A stretch of 64,000 nt of DNA from Chiloscyllium plagiosum (GCF_004010195.1 NC_057746.1:27188392-27252391), one strand, 5' to 3'; shown: positions 12,977 through 26,231, numbered from the stretch's first letter. Made by a program: numbers and translations. The notes: a model not told the origin generated them from the sequence alone.

Positions 12977-13864
12977 CTGTGAAAAGGAAAGCAAAACAAC
13001 TCAGGACGTTCCAAGAGAAATACATCGATTCGATGGTCCTACCTCAACATGTCCGACAGATCCCTACCACCACGTCTCACAGCAAAACAGGAAGCGTCCT
13101 ATGGAGTTGAGGAGTTGGCACTTTAGAAGAATGCCAACCCTCTCTCTTTCTCCGAGGCTTTTTTATTTTCGCCCCAAAAAGAAATCTCCATCCTTTTGCA
13201 TTTCACACTTCCCTGCTTTCCATCGGAAGAGTGTCACAGAGTGCTGAGACTGAGGCACAAGGCAAGGAACAGTACGGAGAGGGAAGCCATCAAAGCTGTT
13301 GATCCGACTCACCATACCGTCAAGGAGAAACAGCGCCTTCTGTTTTGAGCTAAGGCCTGTCGTAGACCATCAGACACGGTGAAAAGTTTACAACACAAGC
13401 TGAGGAGCAGCAGGTGCTCGACCATTAGCTTCACTGACAATAAAAAAGTGTTGCTTTCAATCGATTTCTCAATTGTGGGATTGTAACAAAAGGGGTATTT
13501 ACAGCACAGGAAAAGATCGATCAGTCCATCTAGTTGAGAGTCCACATGACCCTCTTCAACCCATCCTATCACTGCATCTGTTACAAAGTCAAAAACACGT
13601 ACGTTTGTTTTAAAATACAAAGTATTTTCTGAATTTTGAAGTAAACTTAAAAGTGCAGGCTCAAGGAAAGGCTGGGAGACGAGCTGTTCCAAAATAAATA
13701 CATGCAGCAAATAGCTGTTAAATGGATACTTGAGTTTTGGTTGCTGTTTTGACAACAATTTGAATTTAACTACTCAGTTTAAATTATGGCCAGAATACTA
13801 AACCCAATCGTGTTTGAATTTATTATCTTAACACCTGGAAATCAATCAAATTATAGGAATTTAA

Positions 13865-14633
13865 TGTGTCATGGGGGACATTAAACATGCGGGTATTTAG
13901 AAAATTGGTCAGACACCAGCTGCCATTGGAGAGAGAACAGTCATTGGTAAAAAACAATGACTGCAGATGCTGGAAACCAGATTCTGGATTAGTGGTGCTG
14001 GAAAAGCACAGCAGTTCAGGCAGCATCCGAGAAGCAGCAAAATCGATGTTTCGGGCAATATTCCTGATGAAGGGCTTTTGCCCGAAACATCGATTTTGCT
14101 GCTTCTCGGATGCTGCCTGAACTGCTGTGCTTTTCCAGCACCAATAATCCAACAACTGCCATTGATCAAAGCAGGAGAGCTAACTGCCCATCTAACATCC
14201 TGCTTTCAAAGAAATTAGAAAACACTTTCTATCAAAAGGTGCCTTTGCATGTCAACCCTACTCACAGTAAAAAAAATTAGACCCAGGGAGATCAGCAGCC
14301 AGAAGACTTAAGACAGCAGAAAATCAGAGACTGTGTGGTCTTGAGATTAAGTTACTGTAATGTTTAATATGTGTGTAATTGGAACAGCATACTTTGTTTT
14401 ACAAAGTGGGGTCAGATAGTAAGTAATTAAGAAAAGTGGGGGGGGGCTTGAATTTGTGAATAGTTGTTGTTTAGTGTTCACTAAAAGCATTAAGAAAATA
14501 AATTGCTATTTTTATTTAAATAGTGGAATTTAGGAGTTCTCTGTCACTCATTTTAACAGATTACAAGGCAAGGCCAGCTTTTTTGGGTGTTTGGTTTAAT
14601 TAAACAGAGGGATTCGACTTCCGTATAGTAACA
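13865..14633 (+). mobile_element. Possible solo LTR containing the 13948 palindrome
   Basis: TG..CA ends (tgtgtca...gtaaca) and internal AATAAA at 14497; no convincing TSD. Confidence 0.25.
13948..14150. mobile_element. Palindromic Penelope-terminus element
   Basis: Arms 13986-14058 and 14078-14150 are reverse complements with 1 mismatch; same family as the termini of the 47270 element. Confidence 0.8.
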
Positions 14634-15314
14634 CATCCTTCTTTTCCTTCGTCATGCGGTCATCCAGTTTTCCCTTAAAAGGCAGCTACGATAGTTCTCA
14701 ATTGCTCTCCAGGGTAGTGAGTCCCACATTCTACCACATACTGCTCAAAAAACCTGCTTCCTGAATTCACAATTGGAATTTTTAAATGTGTAGGTGCTGG
14801 TGTTGGACTGGGGTAGACAAAGTCAAAAGTCATACAACACCAGGTTATCAACAACAGGCTGATTTAAAATCACAAGCTTGCGAAGCACTGCTCTTTCATC
14901 AGTTTCCTGATGAAGGAGAAATGCTCCAAAAGCTTGTGGTTTTGAATAAACCTGGTTGGATTATAACCTGTGTCATTTGACTTCTGGATGTATTAGTAAC
15001 TGTCTTATATGTATGGCCCCTAGTTCTGAACTGAAAAGATAAGTTATGCTAAACAAGTATCGAACCCTGGTTACACCACACTTAAGAGTACTATATGCAG
15101 TTCTGGTACTTTATCATAAAAAGAGTGTAGTAAGTACTGGAGAAAAGGCAGAGATTATTAAAGAATGGAAACAGAATTGTGTGGGCACATGTCAGGAAAG
15201 GATATGCTAGAGGGTGACCCAACAGAAGCCTTTGAAAGGATGATTAGTTTTGATTGAGTCAACAAGGATACTGGCAGATTTGGTTTCACTTAACCAACAC
15301 CATCTGGCTGGACA

Positions 15315-16560
15315 TAGAATTAAAGTTTTGCAGAATGGAAAGAAGGCCCTTTGGCTCACGATGTCAGTGCTAGTAATCAAACATCCATCTACTCTAATCC
15401 CATTTTTGAACGTATTGCCTGCGGACTTGTGTGTTATGGCATTTCTAGTATTCATATAAGTACTTCTAAAATGTCTTAACACATCTTGCCTCTACCATAC
15501 TTTTAAGCAGCGAGTTCCAGATACCCACAATCCTGTGAGTAAAGAAGGATTTCCTCAAATCCCCTTTAAATGTCTTGCTTTTATTGCCCCTTGGTTTTTA
15601 GCCCCTCAAAAGGGGCAACATTTCTCCCCATCTACTGCATGTCTCTCATAACTTTGTTTACCTCAATCAAATTCCTTCTCAGCTTTCTCTGCCTTAGGAG
15701 AATTTGAGGACTGCAGATGCTGGAGAGTCAGAGTCGAAAACCGTGGCACTGAAAAAAAGCACAGCAGGTCAGGCACCATCTGAGGAGCAAGAGAGTCGAC
15801 ATTTTGGGCATTAGCCCTTCATTGGGAATTAGCCTTCATCATTCCTGATGAAGGGCTAATGCCCAAAATGTTTACTCTCCTGCTCCTTGGATGATGTCTA
15901 ACCTGCTGTGTTTTTCCAGCACTATACGTTTTGACTATTTTGCTGCTTTAAGGAAAACAAGCCCAGCTTATCTCTTCATAGCTGAATCACACAATCCAAG
16001 CAACTTCCTGCACCCTCTCTAGGGCAATAACATCCTTCCTTTGGTGCGACAACAGAACTAAAAACTGAAAAAAAGCTGTGGCCGAACAAACAGTCCCATC
16101 ATAACCTCCTTGCTCTTGTATTCAATACCACTTTAATCGCCCTACACTGCTACCTTTATGGATTATGGACATGCACACCAAGGTCCTTCTGATCTGCTGT
16201 ACTTCCCAGGCTCCTACCATCCAATGTGAACACCCTTATTTGTTAGTACTCTCAAATGCATTACCTCATGCCTTTCAGGATTAAATTTGGCCCACCTGTA
16301 ATCATGTAGTCCATGGACTTCCTCCTGGCTATTTCCCAAACCCAATTTTTTGCGTAAAATGGGACTTACTGTTCATATGTCGTCCATTCATGTCTAGATC
16401 ATTAGATCATCAAAACAAACAGCAAGGGAGTGAGCACCGAACCCTATGATAAGTTTCCGGACACAGGCTTTCAGTCACAAAACAGCCTTCAATCACCACC
16501 CTCTGCTTCCTGCCAGAAAGCCAATTTTGGAAACAATTTGTCAAATTGCCCTTCAATATA
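15315..16560 (-). mobile_element. Old CR1 fragment interrupted by a palindromic Penelope-derived insert
   Basis: Degenerate CR1 ORF2/3' UTR motifs on both sides of the 15705-15935 palindrome. Confidence 0.6.
15705..15935. mobile_element. Palindromic Penelope-terminus element
   Basis: gaggactgcagatgctgg start; inverted arms around attcctgatgaagggc. Confidence 0.7.
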
Positions 16561-18599
16561 AGCTGCACCAATTTGTCACCTAGTAACCATTTAACCTAGT
16601 AATCAACACAAGTCCTTCATCCCACTGCTTAACAACATGGGCAAAAGCCTTCAGATGATATGCTTGGGAACTGATTTGGTCTTTGCAACACCTTACACTT
16701 CCAGCATCAGCACCAGGACTTGGCATGCAGAATACAATCTACAGCTAAGCAACACATTTGGGAAATAAAAGATGAAGGAATACACAATAGATGTCAGGAT
16801 ACTGAGAAGTGTGGAGGAACAGAAAGAACAGATCCTTGACAGTGGTAGGATAGGTCCCTAAGATGGAAAAACACTTTTTTTTTTAAAATCAGTTCCTCGC
16901 ATGGTCAAGGATTAAGCTGGGGAAGAAGGAATTTTGCACTTTTAAAAAAATTAATTAGGAAAAAGGGTGCACCAGAGGACTAATAAATAGCTAATGTAAT
17001 GTGACAATGAATTGGAAAGTAATGATATGTCAGCATTGATTCCAAAAGCAAAGATCTTGCTTGACCAACATTATTGTGCTTTTTGAGGAGGTAGCAAAGT
17101 AGATGGTGGTGTTGTAGCAATGTAAATTATCTGTATTTCCAAAAAGCCTTTGAGAGCACTAAAGATGGCACAGAGGAAGTTCACAGAAGTTGCTGGGAGT
17201 GGCAAAGTTTAGCAATGAGGAAAGGTCAGACAGTCTGGCGGCTATATTCTTTCTAATTCTGTTTATTTTTGTGCAAGCCTTTGAAACCGAAAGTTAACAT
17301 TGGAAACGGCATCAGAGCAGTTGTACGGTTTAGTGGGAATGTTGGCGGAGAGTGTTTTCTCTGCGACAAAGGAGGTTGAATGGAAATTTGATTGAAATGC
17401 AAACAATGATGAGGAGCATAGATAGTATGGATAGGAAGGATCCATTTCCTTCAGAGAAAATCAACAACCAAACACTATGCTTCTAAACAAATAACTAGAA
17501 AGGTAAGAGGGGATTTGAAGTGTACTTTTTCACCAAGGGGGCATCAGGTGGGAAAGGGCCCTGCAACTTATTGTCTGAAAAGAATGATTGGCAGAAACAT
17601 ATCTCCATACAGAAACACCTTCTGTGCTGCAAATTAGTTAAGTGCTCTGATAACATGACATGTATCACCTATTGAAAGTGTTCATTCCTCACTGGGCTCA
17701 AATCTCCAACTTGACACATGTAGGAAGCAGTCTATTTGGCATGAGAATGCATTACAGCTGGGATGGCCTTCTGTCAGTTCTCCTCTGACACCAAATCTTG
17801 CTACCTTTGCCAAACAACAGTGCTAAGTCAGACCTACTCCCCTCCCTCCTTCCTTCAGCCGCTCAGAAAAAGGCTATTTGCCCACATAACTTTGTATTTA
17901 ACTTAACCATTTGACTCAATACATAATTGAAAGGCAGATTAAAATGCAGCATTTCCTCTGAACGATCTTCAAGGTTGATAAAGAGAACTGAAAAGGGGTA
18001 TGCATTATCCGGACAAGTAAATATGGCAAATTTTCGAGCATTTTAACATCGCTACAAAAATGACAATACACCATCTACAACATAAAATTTGCACTTTTAT
18101 TGAGCTAAAGAGAAAGCTAAAGAGAAAGAGCTAAAGAGAAAGAATCCCAGGTTTGCAAATTAATCAAACAAACCCTGCCGAGAAAAAAAAATTGCACAGC
18201 AACAAGGCAGCATGTCTACCCATAGAGTCGGCCAGATTCGCACCCCAGACCTTGGATAACGGACATCCTGCAACGTTATCAAGTAGCAGTTTATTTACTC
18301 TGCAGGATATGGGGATCGGAAACCAATCATACAGACCATCAAGGCCCAGCCGAAGCCTGTATAATGCATACCTCCCAGCTGCCAACCACGGGAGGTCACT
18401 GCATTACACAGATTACAGGGTTCGCACCTTGCTCTCCGCCCCAACCTCTGTGCAGCGCATGTCCAAACACTCCAGGGGGCGGGGATACATATATTACACA
18501 GGACGCAGGGTTCTACAATCAATCATCGCAGGCCAACCCTAACCCTGTGTAATGCATTCCGTAGCTAGCCCACAACAGATAGCCAATACGCAACACAGG

Positions 18600-19090
18600 T
18601 TACGGGGTGACGCGATCGATCGCCCGCAAACCTAAGCCCTGGATCGCGCATAACGCATTCCACTCAATCCAACGCCAGGGGGAGCAGATGCGTTGCCCAG
18701 GTTCCCTGGTCCCAGCTGTCAATCAGCCGTCTCCTTCCCCCTCTCCGCCTCACAAAGCGCCTCAGACCCATGGCCGCCGTGGACTCGGAGCCGACGGAGC
18801 AGCAAAGAGCGGGGGAGGGGAAAAGGAAAAAGCCTCGGTTTTAAATGTAAGCCGGGATGGGATTTGAGCGGGGTTGGGCGAAGAGCAGCCTAAGCGTCCC
18901 CGGCGTTAAGTGGGGGGTCGCGGCGATTTTTTAAATCGGAAAGAGGAATTCCCTTCCCTCAGCGGCTGTCTCACCTCAGCATCCAGGGAAGCCATGGCTC
19001 CCGGCCCGTGACGTCATTGCGCAGCGGAGGGGGCGGGGCCTAACCTGCACGGGGGCGGGGCCTGACCAGATGAAGGGGCAGGACCAGCCT
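18600..19090. promoter_or_regulatory. CpG-rich promoter of EHMT2
   Basis: High GC and CpG content; perfect CRE TGACGTCA at 19009-19016; two GC boxes GGGGGCGGGGC at 19029-19039 and 19051-19061; YY1-like ATGGCCGCC at 18770-18778. Confidence 0.8.
18975..18995 (-). CDS. EHMT2: EHMT2 (G9a) coding exon 1, MASLDAE
   Basis: Minus strand reads GGAGCC-ATG-GCT-TCC-CTG-GAT-GCT-GAG|GTGAGA: strong Kozak context, canonical phase-0 donor, inside a CpG-rich promoter. Resembles the EHMT1 first exon MAAADAE as recalled. Confidence 0.8.
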
Positions 19091-19139
19091 TTAAAGGGCC
19101 AGTGCTTCTTAAAAGAGGGAGTGGGAAGTGCTCAAAGCA

Positions 19140-20290
19140 CGTCGGAGCAAATTACTGCAGATGCTGGAAACCATTCTGAGAACAACAAAAGCTGGAGATC
19201 ACAGTGAATTCGACAGAACCCGTGGAGGGAGAGAAATAGCGCAAGCTAACGTTTCGAGTCCAGATGACTTTTTGCCATGTAGAGGTTTATAAAATCATGA
19301 GGGGCACGGGTAGGATAAAGAGACGAGGACTTTTCCTGGGGTTGGGGAGACTAGAATTAGAATTAGAAAGATATAAAAGGGACCTAAGGAGCAACGTTTT
19401 CCACACAGAGGGTGGTGTGTGTATGAAGTGAGCTGCCAGAGAAAGTAGTGGAGGCTGGTACAATTACAGCATTTAAAATTAGGATATAATTAGGAAGGGT
19501 TTAGAGGGATATGGGCCAAGTGCTGGCAAATGCTCGCAAGACAAAGCTCTTCACTGTGCCTCTGTACATATGACAATAAATTCAATTCAATTCAATTCAA
19601 ATGGGACTAGATTAATTTAGGATATCTGGACAGCATGGATGAGTTGGACAGAAGGGTCTGTTTCCATGCTGTACATCTCTATGACTCTTCATCAGAACTG
19701 AAATGAAATGGGGAAGGGATAGTATCTATGTTAATGTTGGGGAGGGGTAGGTGGAGAGTGTAGAACGCTGAGGGAGAAAGGATGTTGATAGTTCAGATTA
19801 AGTGCTGGGAATGTGAGAATGCAGAACAATGATATCTCTAACTGCCAGACTTGAAAGAACAAACAGTCCCACTGGTGTTGGGCAAGGGGAGAGAAAACAT
19901 TGTGACGGAGAATGTAACAAGTGAAGCTAATAAAAAGGCAAAGAATGGGGGGTTGGTTCACAATTTGAAGGTGTTGAACTCAGTACAGTATTAAATCCAG
20001 AAGGCCGTAAAGTGCCTAGTCTGAAGGTGAGGCTGGAGGTATTCTGCAAAGGGGTCACTCAGTCTGTGTTTGGTTTCTGCAGTATGAACAGTCTGGCTGA
20101 CAGCTTTTCAGAACGCCTTCAGTATGTGTGCAAGCACAACCCTGTCTGGCCTGCAGCCAGTCATTTTAACATAGTGGCCTGCTTGCATGCCCACTTGTCT
20201 GACCTTGGCACCTAGAGTCAATCATAGTGCAAATTGAAGGAATAACATCTGATCTTCAGACTAGGCACTTCACAGATCTCCAGCATTTGT
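19140..20290. mobile_element. Penelope-like element remnant with a nested CR1 3' fragment (about 19275-19690, plus strand)
   Basis: ctgcagatgctgg terminus; GIY-YIG C-terminal FRLGT-coding segments in opposite orientations (about 20000-20030 minus, 20250-20275 plus); CR1 3' UTR inserted in between. Confidence 0.65.
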
Positions 20291-20639
20291 TATGCTCAGC
20301 CCATGGTTGGTTATATCAGAGAATGGTTACTAGAAGTTACTAGCCTATAGAAGGAGTTCTTTTGACCTGTCGTATTCGTACACAGAACAGGTGTCTAAAT
20401 GAAAACAGAAAGGCGGCATACAGGTAATTGGGAATGCTCATGAAATCTTGGAAAACCCAAGAACTATGGATGCTGAGTATCAGAAACGAAAACAGAAATA
20501 TAGGAAAACCTCAGGTTTTGCAGCATCTGTGGAGAGAAAGCAGAGTTAACTTTTCAGATTCAATAACCCTTCAGAACTGTCCAGAACAAGCTGCTACACC
20601 TGCTGAGTTTTTGTAACTATTTCAGTTTTTTGTGTGTTA

Positions 20640-23600
20640 TGGAAGTCAGGATGTGATTTATTTCAAGGGGGTTGCAGTATGAGAGTTGGGACATCTTACT
20701 GTAACTGAACAAGGTAATGGTGAGACCATATCTAGTTTACTGTGATATTTTTGTCCCTTTTATTTAAGCAAAGGTATCAAGCAGAGGCAGAGAAGATTCG
20801 GGAGGATTATCTCTGGTATAGAGACATTGTCCTCTGTGCAAGGGCTTAAGAGGCTGGGACTCTACTCAAAGGTGTTTAGAAGAATGAGAGGTGATAGCAT
20901 TGAAATATATAGGATGCTTAAGGGACTTGACAGGATAAATGCTGAGAGGATGTTTCCTATCATGGGAGAGTCCAGGATAGAAGGCAAAGTCTCAGAATAA
21001 AACACCACCAATTTTAAGACAATGAAGAAGTGTCTTTGTAATTCCTTGCCACAGATAGCTATGAGAGTAGAATCCTTATGTATATTTAAGGTTTAGGTAA
21101 ATACATTCCTGATCGTTAGAGTAATGAATGATTATAGGGAAAATACAGCAAAGTAGACATTAGGAATGTCAGAATATTGGAGCAGGCTTGAGGGACCTAC
21201 CCTTGTTCCTATATCAATGGTCTTAATACACACATCCAGAGACACTCCTAGTACCTCTGCACTCAATTCCTTTTTCAACCTAACTCCCTCTTGAATGCCT
21301 TGATTGAAACTGCCTCCATGCATTCTCAGGCAGCACATGCATGCGATATTTACTGCTTGCTACATGAAGATGTATCTCTGTTGTTTCTTTTTTCAATTTC
21401 CTTAACTCTGGACCTTCTCAATGAGCAATGGGAACAATCTTTTATCTATGTTGTCCAAATTCCTCATAATTTGAATACTGCTGTCAAATCTCCTCTCTTC
21501 TGCAAGAAAAACAGTCTCAACTTCTCCAATCAATCCAAATAACTGAGGTTCCTCATACTTGGACCTATTCTTGCTAATCTTTTCTGTACTTCAATGCTTT
21601 CTTGTATTTCCAAGAACTGGATTCAATACTTTAGTAGCAGCTGAAGCACTGTCTTTCACAAATTTAGCACAACCCCCTCTTGTAGTCCATGCTCCAATTA
21701 ATAATGCCTCGGATATAGTGTGCTTTATCAACAATGCTGTTCCCCTCTCCAATGTCTTATTCACATGTACATCAAATTCCGTCTGCTCCTGTACACTCTT
21801 TATTTTATATTGCCTGTCTGTATGCTTTCTACCAAACTCAATTTCCTCAGGGATATCTACACTGAAATTAATCTGCCACTTGTCTGTCCATATCACCAAC
21901 TTGTTTACATTCAAAATGCTTCCAAGTTTTGTGTGATCTGCAAATTTTGTAATTGTGCCCTGTGCATCAAGGTCTAGATAATTAAAATATGTCTTAAAGA
22001 GCAAGGCTACCAGCACTGATCTCTGGGGAGCTACACTCCTTCCAACCCAAACGTACCCATTCACAAGTATTTTTTGCATCCTGTCACTCAGACAATTTGA
22101 AATCCATGATAACATTGTCTTTTTATTCTATCAACCATAACTTTGCTCACAAGTATGTAGTGTGGCACTGTGTCAAACTATTGTATGTCCGAGCACATCA
22201 TATCTATAGCATTACTTCCATCAATCCTTTCTGCTACCTCATTAAAAATCTCCAGCAAGTTAGTAAAACAGCATATTCCCTTAACAAATCTGTGTTGGCC
22301 TTCCTTAATTAAATCTGCATTTGCCCAAATGGCTATTAATTTTGTCCTGAGTTCTTTTTTTCCCCAGATGCTTCCTCACCAAAGTTAAATTGACTGGCCT
22401 AAACTTCACACCTTTGTTTTGAACAAGAATCTGACATTTGCAGTTCTGCGGTCCTCTGGCACCACCTTGAGGAGAAGTTCTTTATACTTTCTCAAAACAC
22501 TTTCCCTGTTGTGCCCTTCACATTCTACAGGTCTACAGCCCCACATTGTGACAACTCCATGATTCTCGTGTGGCTTTGTAAATTCCTTGCAAATTTCCTT
22601 TCCTCTGCAGCCTTCCCACTGGGTGGGCCTATGCTAACAGCCTATGGGCTACACAAAGCAATTGAATTGCTCCTTTTCTGTTCTCTTGGCTCGAGCAAAA
22701 TCGATTGTCTTTGATCTCTCTGGGATACCCTTTTTTCTCCTGCACCTTTTTAACTCGTATTGCCACTTCTTGCCTTTTTATTCTTCCCTTTCCTGAGCAC
22801 CTTGTATGTTGGAATATTTAACATCTCGTCCTGCCCTTCTTTGAGCCACAACATTACATTTCCACATGACAATACCAAATTGTGAGGAGGGATAGTTTGG
22901 CCTTTATTGCAAGGGAGTTGGGAAGACAAGAATAAAAGAAGTCCAGCTGCAGCTGTACAGAGCTTTCAACGGACCACATCTTGTGTGCAATTTTGGTCTC
23001 CATATTTAAGAGACTTGGATTTGGTACAGAAAAGATTCATGAGATTGCTCCCTGGGATGTGCAGGTTGACCTATATCACAAGGCTGAATAAACTGGACCT
23101 ATATTCTCTGGTGTTTAGAAGACTCAGGGGTGATCTCAATCAAACATACAGCATTTTAAAGTGGCCTTTACAAGATTGATACTGAATGGTTGTTTGCCCC
23201 TGGATGGGGAATCTAGAACAAAGGGCAGTGTTTCAAATAAGAAGTCATTCGTCTAGAATCAAGATTAGGAGAATTGCTTCACTAGAGGTTGTGAGTCATG
23301 AATTACTTGACCCGAGATGAATATGGATGCTCCATCATTGAGTATATTTAAGGCTGAAATGGACAGCTGGTTTGATCACACAGGAATCAAAGGGTTGTGA
23401 GGAGTTGTGAAGAAGGGGATTTGAAGCCCAAGGTAATCCATGCTTGTACTAAGTGGTGGAGCAGGTGCTGGGAACTATATAGATTCCTGCTGTTAGGTTT
23501 GTTGTTTCACTGCGAAGGAAAGCAATCAATTCGAGCAAGATGCTAGTAAATTTACAGAAGGGTCAAATATTTGACAAATGATGCTTAATATGTAAATATG

Positions 23601-25050
23601 AAATAATGCATTTTGTAGAAGATAGGAAGGGCACTTACTGTGTGCAAATCCAGGTAGGTTAGAGGGACAAATTAATCATGGAATACAAATACATCAGTCA
23701 TTACAGATTGAACCACTTTTTAGCAAAACCATTTTTTAAAAAAAAACAAAATAAACACTAGGCTTTGTATCTGGTTGAACAGGATTGCAAAGTAGAAAAG
23801 CTACACAAAACCCACTTCAGATGTTGGCTAGACCACATTTAGAGGTCGACATATTACAAATAGGATTTACAGACAGTGAAAAGTGTGCAGAGTAGATTCA
23901 TAAGGACAATCAGAAAGAATTGACAGGCTGGCACAGTCCTCTTTATTTTTCCTGAAAAATGTGGCAGAGAGGTGGCCTAATGTATTTACAAGTAGGAAAA
24001 TTTTGACAGTGTGGATTCTGAGAGCATGTTTAATCTTTTGGCAAAGACCATAAACCTTCAAAAAAGGCCCGGCATGGGAAACTAAAAATGTTAAAGATCC
24101 TGGGTAACTTGGCAAGCTGGATCCAAAGTTAGCTTGGTGGTAGGAGACACAGGGTGGTGTATGACTCAAAGTTGTTTTGCAGTACTGTACCACAGGAATC
24201 TTGCTGGGTCCATTATTGTTTGTGACATATAAATTGTATAGATGAGATTGTGGGTGTATGATAAATCAGTTTACAGATAACACAAAGATTGGCCAGGTGA
24301 TTGCCAGTGATACGGGAAGTCTTAGGTTACAGGAGGCAATAGATGAGTTGGGCAGATGGATTTTAACTCTTAAAAATGTGAGGTGATGCAATTTGGAAGA
24401 AGTAACAAGGGAGTACTCAATGAATGAAAGGACAGGAGGAACAGAGAAATCTTGAGGTGTTTGTCCATAGATCTCTGTAGGTTGTAGGGCAGGTTATTTG
24501 GGTAGTTATGAAGGCACACAGGACACTTGCCTTTATGAGTTGTAGCAGAGATTACAAGAACAGGGAGGTTATGTTGGAGATGTACAGGGCTTTGGTTAAG
24601 ACACACCTAGACTTTTGTGTGCACTTCTGGTCACCACACTTTAGGGGGTGCAGAGGAGATTCATCAGGATGTTACCTGGGATGGGGCATATTTACTATGA
24701 AGAGAAACTGGATAAGTGAAGTTGCTTACTTTAGAATAGAAAAGACTGAGAGGCAACCTGATTGAGGTATATCAGATTGTGAGGGCATGGACAGGTTGGA
24801 TAGAAAACAGCTGTTTCCCCCTTGTTTGAATAAGGGGGCAACATTCTAAGATGGGAAGCAAGATGATTAGAAGGGATTTGAGGAAAATAGTTTTCACCCA
24901 GTTGTGGTGGGAATCTGGAGTGCACTGCTTGGGAGGTAGTTGAAGTGGGAAATCTCACAACCTTCAAAAAAAAAACTTGGGTGAGCACATAAAATGCTAT
25001 AACATTCAAGGATATGGACCAAGTGCTGGAAAGTGGAACTAGTATAGATT
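20640..25050. mobile_element. Cluster of decayed CR1 fragments in both orientations
   Basis: RT-like remnants WISNCLSDRMQ..TKFADHTKL (21591-22115 minus), CVQFWSPY (22907-23179 plus) and YRALVKTHLDFCVHFWSPH (24508-24765 plus). Confidence 0.8.
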
Positions 25051-25063
25051 TACAGACAGTTTG

Positions 25064-25385
25064 TCATAGAATCCCTAGTGTGGAAACAGGCCATTTGGCC
25101 CAACATGTCTATACAGAACTTCTGTAATGTATCCCACTCAGACCAATTTCCCTATCACTCTACATTTCCCATGACTAATGTACCTAACCAATACATTCTC
25201 AAACACTATGGGCAATTTAGCATGGTCAATTCACCTAACTTGCACATCTTTGGACTGTGAAATGAAACTAGAGCACCCAGAGGAAACACAGGGAAAATAT
25301 GCAAACTCCAGACAGTCACCTGAGGCTAGAATTTAACCCAGGTCCCTCGTACTGTGGGGCAGCAGTGCTAGCCACTGTGCTACCC
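25064..25385 (-). mobile_element. HE1-type SINE (a second partial copy lies at about 25598-25810)
   Basis: Reverse-complement V-SINE motifs gcaaactcca and gcagcagtgcta. Confidence 0.75.
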
Positions 25386-26069
25386 TACTTGATGGGCAGA
25401 TAGGACTCTTCTGTCCTGTATTCTTGGTTCTATAACTAAAGATCCAATAAGAAATTCAGGAGAAACGTCTTTTTCTTGAAGGATGTGAAACTCACTCCCA
25501 CAGACACAGATTGAAACTAATGCTGCACATTGCACAGAAGAGGAAGTTAGTGAGCACAAGAGGAAGAAGGGATTGAAGGGTAACAATGATAGGTTTGTCA
25601 TAGAATCACGAAAGTGTGGAAGCAGGCCATTCGATCCATTGAGTCCTCACCAACCCTCTGAAGCCCACAATCCTGCATTTCTCATGGCTATTCCGCTTAG
25701 CCTGCACATCCGTGGACACAGCATAGCTAATTCACTTAACAGGAACATCTTTGGACTGTGGGACGAAACCAACAGACAGGCAGAGAATGTGCAAACTCCA
25801 CACTGACAGTTGTTCAAGTGTGGAGGTTTGGATGATTTGATTTTTTTATTGTCACATGTACCCAAGTACAGTGAAAAGTCTTGTTTCAGGTGCAGTACAG
25901 CAGATCATAACAGTACAATGACACAAAGATCTCAGAGTGATTGAACAGCATGAGGAATACAAAGTTACGGCTGCAAAGAAGGTGCACAAAAAGCAAAATC
26001 AACAGTAGATTTGAAATTTGAGAGGTCCTTTCAGAAGTCTAAAAACAGCTGGAAAGATGTGGGTAGACT

Positions 26070-26110
26070 CCATTGGCGCATTACACGTGACACCGACCGG
26101 TTGGGCGGAA
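26070..26110. promoter_or_regulatory. Motif cluster upstream of ZBTB12-like A
   Basis: ATTGG (CCAAT box) at 26072-26076, E-box CACGTG at 26084-26089 and GC box GGGCGG at 26103-26108, all within 40 bp. Confidence 0.4.
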
Positions 26111-26231
26111 TTGTTTTTGTTTCCATGTCCCCCTTGGTGGTTATTTCTCAGGCGCAGTTTCACCAGGGCCTTTGACATTTTTTTTGTGTCTGTCTCCCTC
26201 TCTCTCTTCATTTCGAACAGTTCGAGAGGCC

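Noticed and set aside
13309-13758. 149-aa minus-strand ORF in EHMT2 intron 1
   Set aside because: Non-ATG start, no recognisable domain, composition not protein-like; only the ATG and donor at its end were kept as a finding.
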